This document shows positions 1 through 8,476 of a stretch of 62,062 nucleotides of DNA, one piece after another. A program made the position numbers and the translations under genes. Every line of letters starts with the position of its first letter. The first letter of the stretch is position 1. This stretch comes from Chloroflexota bacterium (GTDB taxonomy: Bacteria; Chloroflexota; Chloroflexia; Chloroflexales; Roseiflexaceae). The notes under the pieces were generated by a model. That model did not search any database. It was given only the letters and a program-made list of their open reading frames with translations, and was not told where the DNA came from. The stretch spans positions 1 to 62,062 of the forward strand of contig JAUQOW010000001.1 of assembly GCA_030550675.1 (NCBI GenBank). The letters run 5' to 3'.

Positions 1-85
1 TTTTCGTGGTTTTGGTGTTTGGGGTGTTTCGACCCCGCATCACTCGGTTTGGGGGCGTTTTCGGGAGGGGAGTGTTTGATGAATC

Positions 86-121
86 GGCTGTGGGGGCGCG
101 GCATGCCGCGCCCCCACAGCC
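86..121. repeat. Perfect 36-bp palindrome (REP-like hairpin, possible terminator downstream of sufT)
   Basis: ggctgtgggggcgcggca|tgccgcgcccccacagcc is its own reverse complement and lies 27 bp past the sufT stop. Confidence 0.8.
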
Positions 122-148
122 TTCCTGACAAATGATTCTGGATGCGAC

Positions 149-466
149 TTAGAAAAACCCCAGCTCCTCGCGCGCTTCTTCGCTCATCATCGAAGGATTC
201 CAGAAGGGGGTCCACACCAGGTTGATCTGCACATCTTCCAGATTGCTGTACACCTGGCTGAGACTTTCGATTTCGCGCTTCGCCTGGTTGAGGATCTGCG
301 GTCCGGCAGGGCATGCAGGGGTGGTCAGGGTCATATCGACCACCACGCGCCGACCGCCATCCTGAATGTCGATGTTGTACACCAGCCCCAGATTGACGAT
401 ATCCATCCCGATTTCGGGGTCGTACACATTCTTGAGCGCGCTACGCACCAGTTCTTCCGTGATCAT
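149..466 (-). CDS. Metal-sulfur cluster assembly factor (SufT/PaaD/DUF59 family)
   Basis: VYDPEIGMDIVNLGLVY, MTLTTPACP and WTPFWNPSMMSEEAR motifs; start placed at the second Met. Confidence 0.92.
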   Translation of the reverse strand: MITEELVRSALKNVYDPEIGMDIVNLGLVYNIDIQDGGRRVVVDMTLTTPACPAGPQILNQAKREIESLSQVYSNLEDVQINLVWTPFWNPSMMSEEAREELGFF

Positions 467-491
467 ATGCACTCACTCCATGAGACGGTCT

Positions 492-1685
492 CTATCCGTT
501 CGCAGACGCCGCCGTCGGCTCGACCGTTTCCGGCGCGCCGAAGCGCACTTCGAGCACTCCTTCACGAAACACCGCGCGCTTCGCCGGTCGCTCCGCGAGG
601 GTCAGCGGCAGGATCATATCGCGTTTGAAATTGCCAATGGCGATGAACAACTCGTCGCCGCGCTTGGTGATCGACACCTTGCCAATTTCGACGTGCGGCA
701 ACGGCAGGCGCATGACGTACTCATCGCCATCGCGCACAATTTCCTGCGTTGTGCCGCGGAAGAAGACCTTCGTCGGGTCTTCGTCCTTGAACAGGTCGCG
801 CCCGACCTGCGAAAGGTCCTTGATCCCCCGGATGTCGTGCGGGTAATGTGGCGCTTCCCAGATCGGCAGCGGCGCGAAGAGATCGTGCACCATTTTGCGG
901 TACGACGACTGCATTTCGTACAGGCGCTCCATAAATTCGCCGACGACCGCGCTGCGCGGCAGGACCCGGTTGAGCACCACGCCATCGACGGGGTAGCCGA
1001 ACAGCGCCAGATACGTTGCCGCGCGCTGCGCCTCTTTGATGACCATGCGCTCCGGGTTGACCACCAGCCGATACGAACTGATGTCGGGATCGGTCAACAT
1101 CTGGCGCAGCGCCTCGACCCCTTTCGTCAAGCGTTCGAGCGTCTCGAAGGCGTTGGTCGCCGGAATGAGGGCGCGCACCAGCGGCTTGGCGACGCTCTTG
1201 GTGCCGGGGTCCCAATCCATCACCCGCGCCGCATACCACTGAAACGTTTCCGGCATTGTCAACAGCCGGATGGTTTCGCCCGTCGGCGCAGCATCGACTA
1301 TCACGGCGTCGAAGTTGCCCTCGCGCGCCTGTCGCCGGATATGGAGCAGGCTGACGACCTCTTCCATGCCGGGGATGATCGCCAGTTCTTCCGATGCAAC
1401 ATCGCTGACGCCGCGACGTTTGAGCAATCCCGCCAGGTAGTTGCGCAACTCGCCCCAGTGTTGCCGCACCTCTTCGAGCACATTGATTTCCTGCCCCCAG
1501 AGGCGGTCGGTCAATTGGGTCGGCTGCGGTCCCAGCGGATGATCAAGCGCATCAGCCAGGCTGTGCGCCACATCGGTGCTGACTACCAGCGTGCGGTAGC
1601 CGAGTTCGGCGGCTCGCACCGCAGTTGCCGCCGCAGTGGTCGTCTTGCCGACGCCACCCTTGCCCAGGTAGAGTATCAGGCGCAT
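492..1685 (-). CDS. ArsA/Get3-family ATPase with C-terminal HSP20/alpha-crystallin-like domain
   Basis: GKGGVGKTT P-loop, STDVAHSL, DAAPTG; beta-rich C-terminus (MRLPLPHV...GNFKRDMILP...GVLEVRF). Confidence 0.92.
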   Translation of the reverse strand: MRLILYLGKGGVGKTTTAAATAVRAAELGYRTLVVSTDVAHSLADALDHPLGPQPTQLTDRLWGQEINVLEEVRQHWGELRNYLAGLLKRRGVSDVASEELAIIPGMEEVVSLLHIRRQAREGNFDAVIVDAAPTGETIRLLTMPETFQWYAARVMDWDPGTKSVAKPLVRALIPATNAFETLERLTKGVEALRQMLTDPDISSYRLVVNPERMVIKEAQRAATYLALFGYPVDGVVLNRVLPRSAVVGEFMERLYEMQSSYRKMVHDLFAPLPIWEAPHYPHDIRGIKDLSQVGRDLFKDEDPTKVFFRGTTQEIVRDGDEYVMRLPLPHVEIGKVSITKRGDELFIAIGNFKRDMILPLTLAERPAKRAVFREGVLEVRFGAPETVEPTAASANG

Positions 1686-1833
1686 GGCACCTCGTGTGCG
1701 CGATGAAACTGGAGCGGCGGCGCGCGCCCGCACGTCCAGGGTATGGCATTTGCCGCGTCGATGCAGCGGCGAACGCTCCGTCCTCTCCTCACTACTACAC
1801 TACCTGAATTGTAAAGGTTGCGCGCCATGGCTG

Positions 1834-4221
1834 TCAAATCGCACGGACGGCGCGCACCGCCCGGTACGCATCGACAATCCCGGCGCCGTAACGGATCGCC
1901 AGGGTTGTTGCGTCATCGCTGCCCGCGCACGGCGCCGGCGCCGCCCCTTCCTGCGGCGCCGGTCGCGCCGTTGTGCGCAGAATCTCTTCCGTGCGCTCGA
2001 CGTCGCCGATCAACGCCGGGTTTGCCGACCACATCAGCGCAACTACGCCAGTGACATGAGGCGCCGCAATCGAGGTGCCGCTGCCGGTCGTGTAGCCGCT
2101 TCCCGGCGCTGCGGCGAGCACGTCGACCCCCGGCGCAGCGATGTCCGGCTTGATCCGCCCGCTGCCGTCCGCCAGCACAGGACCGATGCTGCTGAAGGGG
2201 GCGATGAGACCATCGCTGTTCACGGCGCCGACGGTAAAGACGGCGTCGTAGAGCGCGAGGGGCGCATTCAGGCTGCTGCACGCCGGTCCATCGTTGCCAG
2301 CCGCAGCGACGGTGACCATCCCTGCGGCGCGCAGCGCCTCGGCTGCGGGCAGGAGCGAGTTCGGGTCGCATCCTTCCAGGTCTTGCGGGCACCCCCAGGA
2401 GTTGTTCGTCACATCGGCGCCGAGCGCCGGGTCGCCGTCGCGCAACGGGTCGCCATTCGGCGGAAAGGGCGCCAGCATGAACTGCATGCACTCCAGGTAG
2501 CGCGCGGCGTTCCCGACATTGCGCGCCAGGTTGACGCATGCGATCCAGGTCGCATCGGGCGCAACCCCGACGCGGTTGCCGACTGCGGCGCTCAGGGTGA
2601 AGGTCCCGTGCCCGTTGTAATCCATCGGTTCCGCCGCGCCGCCCCACGGGTCGTACCAGTTGTAGTCGTGGACGACTGTGCCATCCGCGCGCACCCCCCG
2701 ATAACTGTCGCGCAGTTCCGGGTGATCCCACTGGACTCCGCTGTCCATCAACCCGATGACCACCCCCTTGCCGCGCACGCCCAACTCGTTCCAGACGCGG
2801 TCGGCGTTGATCATGGTCAGGTTCCAGGGCGGTTCGTCGGGTGCGGGCATGGCGCCCCTTTCCGCTTCCAGCGGCTCAGGAAGCGGACGCAGCACCGGAT
2901 TGGGAATGACCCGATCCACCTCCGGGCGCATTTCCAGCCACAGGCGCATCAGCACGCCCCCCTCGACTTCCAGCGCGTTCATCAGGTAGTAGGGGCGATG
3001 CCAGACGCCTAGACGGGCGAGATCGTCGCGCAGCCGCTCCTGCGTCGCGTCCGCGTGGCGCACGAGGGTCTCGTACACGGCGCGCCGCCGCGCCTGATAA
3101 TCGTTGATCGAAGCCGCCGCAGACAGGTCTGCCTGTTCCTTCAGAATGACGAACAGCCGGTCGCCGTACAAGCCAGGCTGCCCGACGCTGCCATACACCG
3201 CAGCGCCCGCCAGCCAGAGCGCCGCAGCGCCCGCGACGCCAGCCTGCGGCGCGCGCGCCATCGCCTGGCGCAGCGGCGGCATCACGCCCGACAGGATGAA
3301 CGCCAGCAGCACACTGATCCCGGTTGCGCTTATCGCCCAGACGATCCCCTCGCGCCCCTGCGCCAGCAATTCGACATGGAGCGTATCCGGGTCGGCGAAC
3401 AGCAGCGGCGGCGCAATCGCCAGCGCAACGAACAGCGCCAGCGCCCGCGCGTCGGGCGCGCGTCCGCGTCGAATGCCAGCGACGGCGCCTGCCAGCCACC
3501 CCAGCGCTGGCAGCAGCGGCAGCAGCAGCAATGACTGCCCGGCGACGCCGATGTTCCACCCCAGGATCAGCAGGAGCACCCCAATCACAATGCCGCCTGT
3601 AAACAACCCCGGACCGTCTGGATCGGCGGGGAGGGGACGCAGATAGACCCGCGCAACCAGCAGGCTGGCAGTCGCGCCAAACAACCAGGCGGCGACGAGA
3701 CCGAGCAGAATGTCAAGCAATGACCCCAGGGCGCCCCATGCCAGCCAGGGGAGCGCCAGCGGCGCCGCAGCGCCAGCCGCGAGCGGTATGCCCGTCCGTC
3801 CGGTTTCGGTTCGTTTCTCCGGGAAACGCCAGCGCACCACGAGCCAGAGCGCGCCGAGGTACGCCGTCATCAACGCCGCGCGCACAACAGCGGCGACCTG
3901 CGCTTCCGACGAAGGCAACAGGGTCGCCGGGATCATGAACCATGTTAGCGGCAGCGCCAGCAACCAGGCGTGCAGCGCTGCGCGCATCCGCGGCGCGCGC
4001 GTGATCGCCAGCGCTCCCAGGAAGATCAGACCAAAGAGAAAAGAGGCGGCTGGCAAAGCGATGTCGCTGGCGGTGCGCGCGTTTGCCAGCGGCGCTGCAA
4101 TCAGGACAAGCGCCGCAACGCCGCATGCTGACATCACAATCACAACCAGCGCTGCGAGGAGACAACCGGCGCTGGACTGGACTGGCGTAGGTGAATGCTG
4201 TGTATCAGGGAATTGGTTCAT
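1834..4221 (-). CDS. S8 (subtilisin-like) serine peptidase with multi-TM N-terminal region
   Basis: MDSGV (Asp), NGHGT (His), AAGN, GTSIAAPHV (Ser); about 350 aa of hydrophobic N-terminus; start uncertain. Confidence 0.9.
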   Translation of the reverse strand: MNQFPDTQHSPTPVQSSAGCLLAALVVIVMSACGVAALVLIAAPLANARTASDIALPAASFLFGLIFLGALAITRAPRMRAALHAWLLALPLTWFMIPATLLPSSEAQVAAVVRAALMTAYLGALWLVVRWRFPEKRTETGRTGIPLAAGAAAPLALPWLAWGALGSLLDILLGLVAAWLFGATASLLVARVYLRPLPADPDGPGLFTGGIVIGVLLLILGWNIGVAGQSLLLLPLLPALGWLAGAVAGIRRGRAPDARALALFVALAIAPPLLFADPDTLHVELLAQGREGIVWAISATGISVLLAFILSGVMPPLRQAMARAPQAGVAGAAALWLAGAAVYGSVGQPGLYGDRLFVILKEQADLSAAASINDYQARRRAVYETLVRHADATQERLRDDLARLGVWHRPYYLMNALEVEGGVLMRLWLEMRPEVDRVIPNPVLRPLPEPLEAERGAMPAPDEPPWNLTMINADRVWNELGVRGKGVVIGLMDSGVQWDHPELRDSYRGVRADGTVVHDYNWYDPWGGAAEPMDYNGHGTFTLSAAVGNRVGVAPDATWIACVNLARNVGNAARYLECMQFMLAPFPPNGDPLRDGDPALGADVTNNSWGCPQDLEGCDPNSLLPAAEALRAAGMVTVAAAGNDGPACSSLNAPLALYDAVFTVGAVNSDGLIAPFSSIGPVLADGSGRIKPDIAAPGVDVLAAAPGSGYTTGSGTSIAAPHVTGVVALMWSANPALIGDVERTEEILRTTARPAPQEGAAPAPCAGSDDATTLAIRYGAGIVDAYRAVRAVRAI

Positions 4222-4250
4222 AAATGTGGTCGAAGAGTGCAAGGGCTGAT

Positions 4251-4690
4251 GGTTTTTTGAATAATTATTCCGCTATGCGTTCATCTGCCCGGCGGCTGAC
4301 GGTTTTTGAATAATTATTCCGCTATCCGCCTACCCGCCCGGCGACTGAAGTCGCGGGCTATGGGTGCGAAGCCTGCCTGCGCGGGCTGCCACGATCTCGC
4401 CCGATGGCTGAAGACCATTAAGTACCAAGTCTGGCATACGCCGTCGCCCGCGCCCTGCGACCTGAGCCTGCCGAAGGGTCGAAGGGCAGGCGGCGGCGCG
4501 TCCCCTGAGCCTGTCGAAGGGGACGCGCCTCTGGCGGTCTACCTAAAGAAATACTGAGTCTTCATAACTGCGGGCTACGGGTGCGACGCCCGCCTGTGCG
4601 CCGGAAAGCGTCGGCGCAGGCCGACGCCCGGCGCGCACGCGCCCCAAGGCGCGGTTTCGACCGCCAGCCGGGGTGTGCCGATTTTATGCA
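4251..4690. repeat. Composite/nested REP-MITE cluster
   Basis: About 50-bp tandem duplication containing GAATAATTATTC; gcgggcta(t/c)gggtgcga repeated at ~4353 and ~4570; ggcgcgtcccct-gagcctgtcga-aggggacgcgcc hairpin shared with 25317-25400. Confidence 0.75.
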
Positions 4691-4696
4691 AGAGCA

Positions 4697-6352
4697 TCAT
4701 CCCTGCTCCAGTCGCCGCCGTTTCTCGTCGAGGCGACGTTCAGCATCGAGACGTTCGAGCGCATACTCATTCATGTCAACGAACCGCATGCCTTCCGCCA
4801 GCAGCGGATGCACGGCGGCAATCTGGCGGTACATCTCCTGAGCGATCCGCCGATAGCCGGGATGACCCTGCGGCGAGCTGCGCAGTTCACACAAATGATA
4901 GGCTTCGCGCAGGGTGAGGGTGATGCGCCAGCGCACGCGGTAGGCGAATGGAACGGCATACTGAGACTCTTCAGGCAGATCAGCGGCAATGGCTTCGACC
5001 ACTGCTCCCGCCTGTTCCAGCGCCGCGCGAAATGGCGCGCCCAACCCATACTCATCGATCTCCGGCGGCACGACATATCCGTGCTGCACGCCAAACTGTT
5101 GTCGTTCCTGGGTCAGCATCCGATGGCGCTGGAGATCGCGGTAGGCGCCAATATCCGCCAGCAGATCGAACGTATAGCGCGCTTCCTCAAAGGCGCGCCC
5201 CGGACGATGGAAGCGGCTGGCGCGCCTGCCGACATACGCGCGGATCAGGCTGGCGCGTTCGTCAGCGGTCATGGCGTCCGCCAGGGCGCGCGCTTCTGCC
5301 AGCGGCACATCGAGATGCGGGTAGAGGATGGCGGCTACGACCCGCGCTTCGGCGTCGGGGTCAAACGATACAAGGGTTACTGGTACAGCGTCGTTCACCG
5401 GCGGCATCACCTCGCGCAGCCGATGTGCGACTGCGTCCGCCAGCGCCTGCGTTTCCTGGCGCGTTTCGCGCAGATACGCCTGATACGCTCTGCCGCGCTC
5501 GCTCTTCGCGCGCTTGACAAATGAAGGAATCTGATCATCGAGCGCGCGCTGCAATGCTGCCGCCAGCGATTGCAGCTCCGCCAGCGGCGATGCGTACAGT
5601 TTGGTCAGCAGATACTCAAATGCGCGCCCATTACCGAACAACCCGACGTTGGTCAACGTCGCCATCGGCAGCAACCCGCGCAGCAAGTCGAACGTCCTGG
5701 CGCGTGTGGCGCTGGCGTAGGCGCGCTCAGAAACGCCCTCGTCACAGGGAACGTGCGCGCGAACGGCGGTAAGCGTCGGTTCGATCAATGCCGAATAGGT
5801 GTCGAACAGATGGTCCATCGCCGCTTCGTAAGCGGATGCGTGGCGCGACGCCATGATCGTCGCTTCGCGGAGGTAGCGGTATCGTCCTTCGACCTTGCGG
5901 TTGAACGCGACGTAACGGGTCGATTTTTCGAGCGGGCTGATGCCAATCCGGTTGTCTTCAAGCGCTTTGGCGGCGATGTTGCTGACCCCTTCGCAGGCGA
6001 CGTGAGCGCCGCCTAACTCTGCCACCGAGTCATCGCCATAGCCGATCAGAACGCGCTCGTAGAACGCTTCGGCGCGGTGCACAGCGACGATCTGATGCGC
6101 GGCGGTGTCGGCGCTGAGCGCCACAATCGCCTGAAAGTCGGCTTCGGGCGCTTGAATGAACTCGTCGAGAAGGATGCGGCGCAGGCTCTTGTCGGAGCGG
6201 CTATAGCGCGAGAAGAGCGCGCCGCGCACCACATCAGGCAGGTTGCGCAAACCAAAGACCGGCGCATCGACGTCAGTCACAAACGGCGCGAGGAGCGCGC
6301 GTTCCGCGTCACTGAACCGGTCGCCCCACGGATCGCGTTCGGTTGGTTCCAC
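4697..6352 (-). CDS. thyX: FAD-dependent thymidylate synthase, long tandem-domain form
   Basis: EKSTRY, RDLQRHR, ELRSSPQGH motifs; 551 aa, about two ThyX domains; GTG start. Confidence 0.88.
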   Translation of the reverse strand: MEPTERDPWGDRFSDAERALLAPFVTDVDAPVFGLRNLPDVVRGALFSRYSRSDKSLRRILLDEFIQAPEADFQAIVALSADTAAHQIVAVHRAEAFYERVLIGYGDDSVAELGGAHVACEGVSNIAAKALEDNRIGISPLEKSTRYVAFNRKVEGRYRYLREATIMASRHASAYEAAMDHLFDTYSALIEPTLTAVRAHVPCDEGVSERAYASATRARTFDLLRGLLPMATLTNVGLFGNGRAFEYLLTKLYASPLAELQSLAAALQRALDDQIPSFVKRAKSERGRAYQAYLRETRQETQALADAVAHRLREVMPPVNDAVPVTLVSFDPDAEARVVAAILYPHLDVPLAEARALADAMTADERASLIRAYVGRRASRFHRPGRAFEEARYTFDLLADIGAYRDLQRHRMLTQERQQFGVQHGYVVPPEIDEYGLGAPFRAALEQAGAVVEAIAADLPEESQYAVPFAYRVRWRITLTLREAYHLCELRSSPQGHPGYRRIAQEMYRQIAAVHPLLAEGMRFVDMNEYALERLDAERRLDEKRRRLEQG

Positions 6353-6367
6353 ACATTTCTCCCGACA

Positions 6368-6635
6368 GCGAATGGGTCAACGAATGCGTTGACGAATAAG
6401 CGAATGGCTTTGACGAATGGGTCAACGAATAAACGAATGGCGTCAGCAAATTCGCGAATAACCCTTTCTGTGTTCTCTGTGTCTCTGTGGTGATATGACG
6501 CTGCGCGTCAGCGAATATGTGGATGACGTCAACGAATACACGAACGGGTTAGCGAATAAGCGAATAACTCTCTCTGTGTTCTCTGCACCTCCGTGGTTAT
6601 ATTGGCTCGCCTCTGTGGTTATACTGGCGAATAAG
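6368..6635. repeat. Short-period CGAAT repeat array with CTCTGTG modules
   Basis: 13 exact CGAAT copies, mostly at 8 or 12-13 bp spacing, plus two gcgaataac...ctgtgttctctg...gtggt blocks. Confidence 0.85.
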
Positions 6636-6639
6636 CCTC

Positions 6640-7548
6640 CTACCCGAGATTTACCCCGATCTCAAAGGTTGCCGCATACCCCTGATCAAGCGGCGTCAGG
6701 TTCAGCATCAGTTGGTCGCCGCTCTGTCGGAAGATACCGTCGTTCTGATTGAGGGTCGTGCGGCGTCCCCGGCTCGCGTAGGGCGGCTGGGCGAACACGA
6801 CGTCGCTGATGGCGTCGTCGAAGTAAAGCTGCGATGTGAAGTCGTAGACCTGCCCGGCGGCATTGGCGGTGCGGATTTTGAAGTGGATATGAACAGTGCG
6901 TCCAGGATACCAGCCGGGGTAGATGGTCGTGAATGTTGCAACGCCGCTGGCATCGGTCATCTGGTAGCCGCGCAGCCACTGTTGACCGCGCGTGTCGATG
7001 CGAGGGTCGCGCACATCAGAATAGACGCCCTGGGCATCACAGTGCCAGATGTCCACCATTGCGCCGCTGAGCGGCGTACAGCCAGCGCTGCTGACTTGGC
7101 TGACCACGAACGTGAGCAGCAACGGCAGTCCTTCTTTGACAACGCCGCTGACGGGGTCGGAACGAATGTCCGCGCGGTTCAGACGCGCATCGACAAAGAA
7201 CGGTCCCGCCGTCTGCTCAGGGCGCACAACGCATGCAGGAACCGGTCTGCTTCCCGCGTCAGCGCTGACCGTCGGCGCTGTGGTTGCAATGGGAGACGGC
7301 GCCTCTGGTGCGACTGTCGGCGCCGATAGCGCTCCTGGCGACGGTTCCATTTGCACAGCAGATGTGGCGGTCGCCTCCGGTCGGATCGGCGCGACGGGGG
7401 GTGCGTTTCCGACCGGCGTCGCGGCGGTTCCGCTCGATCCCGTCGCGCCGCAGCCGACCAGCAGCGCGGCGGCGGAGGCGCCGAGCAGCGCCAGAACCTC
7501 GCGCCGCGTCAGAATGCGTCCTATTGGACGATCATCGGTATCCATCAT
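6640..7548 (-). CDS. Intradiol ring-cleavage dioxygenase-like protein, Tat lipoprotein
   Basis: TRREVL Tat motif, LVGC lipobox, Pro/Ala/Thr linker, DIWHCDAQGVYS, TIYPGWYPGRTVHIHFK. Confidence 0.88.
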   Translation of the reverse strand: MMDTDDRPIGRILTRREVLALLGASAAALLVGCGATGSSGTAATPVGNAPPVAPIRPEATATSAVQMEPSPGALSAPTVAPEAPSPIATTAPTVSADAGSRPVPACVVRPEQTAGPFFVDARLNRADIRSDPVSGVVKEGLPLLLTFVVSQVSSAGCTPLSGAMVDIWHCDAQGVYSDVRDPRIDTRGQQWLRGYQMTDASGVATFTTIYPGWYPGRTVHIHFKIRTANAAGQVYDFTSQLYFDDAISDVVFAQPPYASRGRRTTLNQNDGIFRQSGDQLMLNLTPLDQGYAATFEIGVNLG

Positions 7549-7603
7549 CTCCTCGCGTCTGACTGTTTGTTTTGTGCCAGGTGATCATGCGCAGCTTGTA
7601 GGT

Positions 7604-7732
7604 AGATCAAATAAATAACACCTGGACAATCGAGCCTGCACCTGAAGCGGTTGGTATGGGCTTCGACAGGCTCAGCCCACGCCAACCGCGAGGTGTCAAC
7701 GCAGGCAAGAGTGTTCAATGTCTGGTTGACCC
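7604..7732. mobile_element. MITE-like element (family A, TCGACAGGCTC-loop hairpin)
   Basis: Shares gcctgcacct core, hairpin and degenerate terminal inverted repeats with 14288-14395 and 54141-54266. Confidence 0.65.
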
Positions 7733-7979
7733 TCCTGTTAGTTGGAGCGCCGGTCTCGACACGCTCAACTGGCAGTCCTCTGCGTATTGTATCGTAGCAG
7801 CTTTGTCTTCAGATCTCGTGAAGAAATAAGAGTCTCCTGAGACTGACGCAAAGGCGCAACGCTTCGCAATCATTGTGGTTCCGGCGAGACTTTCGTAAAA
7901 GATAATACCACGCCTCCCTGCGCGAGATTTGCGAGGGTCGCCTGCGGCTTATGGGGCTTGAGCCATGAATGACGCTGTT

Positions 7980-8165
7980 TTTTCCCTCATCCTCCCGCCC
8001 CCTTCCTCTCAAGGGTAGAGTTTTCAAGGTGAGAGAGGCGTTTGCTACGTCCCAATGATTCATTCCCCTCATCCCCCTGCCCCTTCTCCCACAAGGGGAG
8101 AAGGGGCAGTTGGGGCGTCCTGATGCCTCGAACGGGTAATGCAACATGAGGGTTTGCTGAAACAT
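7980..8165. repeat. CCCCTTCTCCC-type REP/MITE element
   Basis: ccccttctcccacaaggggagaaggggc hairpin; reverse-complement homolog at 33165-33320. Confidence 0.75.
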
Positions 8166-8182
8166 CCAATCTTGTGAGGTGG

Positions 8183-8232
8183 AAGCCCCTCCGGGGCTTG
8201 CCCGATCTCAGGCCGGGCTTCAGCCCGCCACG
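8183..8232. repeat. GGGCTT(T/C)AGCCC-type REP
   Basis: aagcccctccggggctt and gggcttcagccc palindromes; related to 21514-21670 and 25418-25705. Confidence 0.65.
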
Positions 8233-8476
8233 CCCTGGAAAACCGGACCCCTCGCCCCTTGCTGCTCGCCTGAAAGTTACCAATTCGTTATGACCTGTTG
8301 ACAACCATTATCAGAAATCGGGCGGTTGTGCTGTTATGATGTGCGCGATACCACGAAGTCTCCGTCCAGCAATGACACCATGACCGTGGCAGACCCGGCG
8401 CGAGCCGGGAGGGTTTCGTGTGCGCAGCGCCCTGTCTGCGCTCTGTTCAATGGTGAAGCAGGAGGTAGGGGACGTT

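Noticed and set aside
1-80. G/T-skewed stretch as a CRISPR leader
   Set aside because: Cut off by the window edge; no repeat visible, so it cannot be supported
366-1706. Long antisense ORFs (also 1684-3012, 13721-15406, 15568-17037, 37642-38982, 51037-52716)
   Set aside because: Shadow frames opposite well-supported genes in high-GC DNA; no recognisable motifs
6368-6635. Possible CRISPR array
   Set aside because: Repeat units are 5-13 bp with no 25-45 bp unique spacers, and there are no cas genes
7809-8304. Short ORFs in the dioxygenase-lctP intergenic region (also 4306-4557, 33074-33310)
   Set aside because: Translations of repeat elements that recur as similar peptides elsewhere in the window
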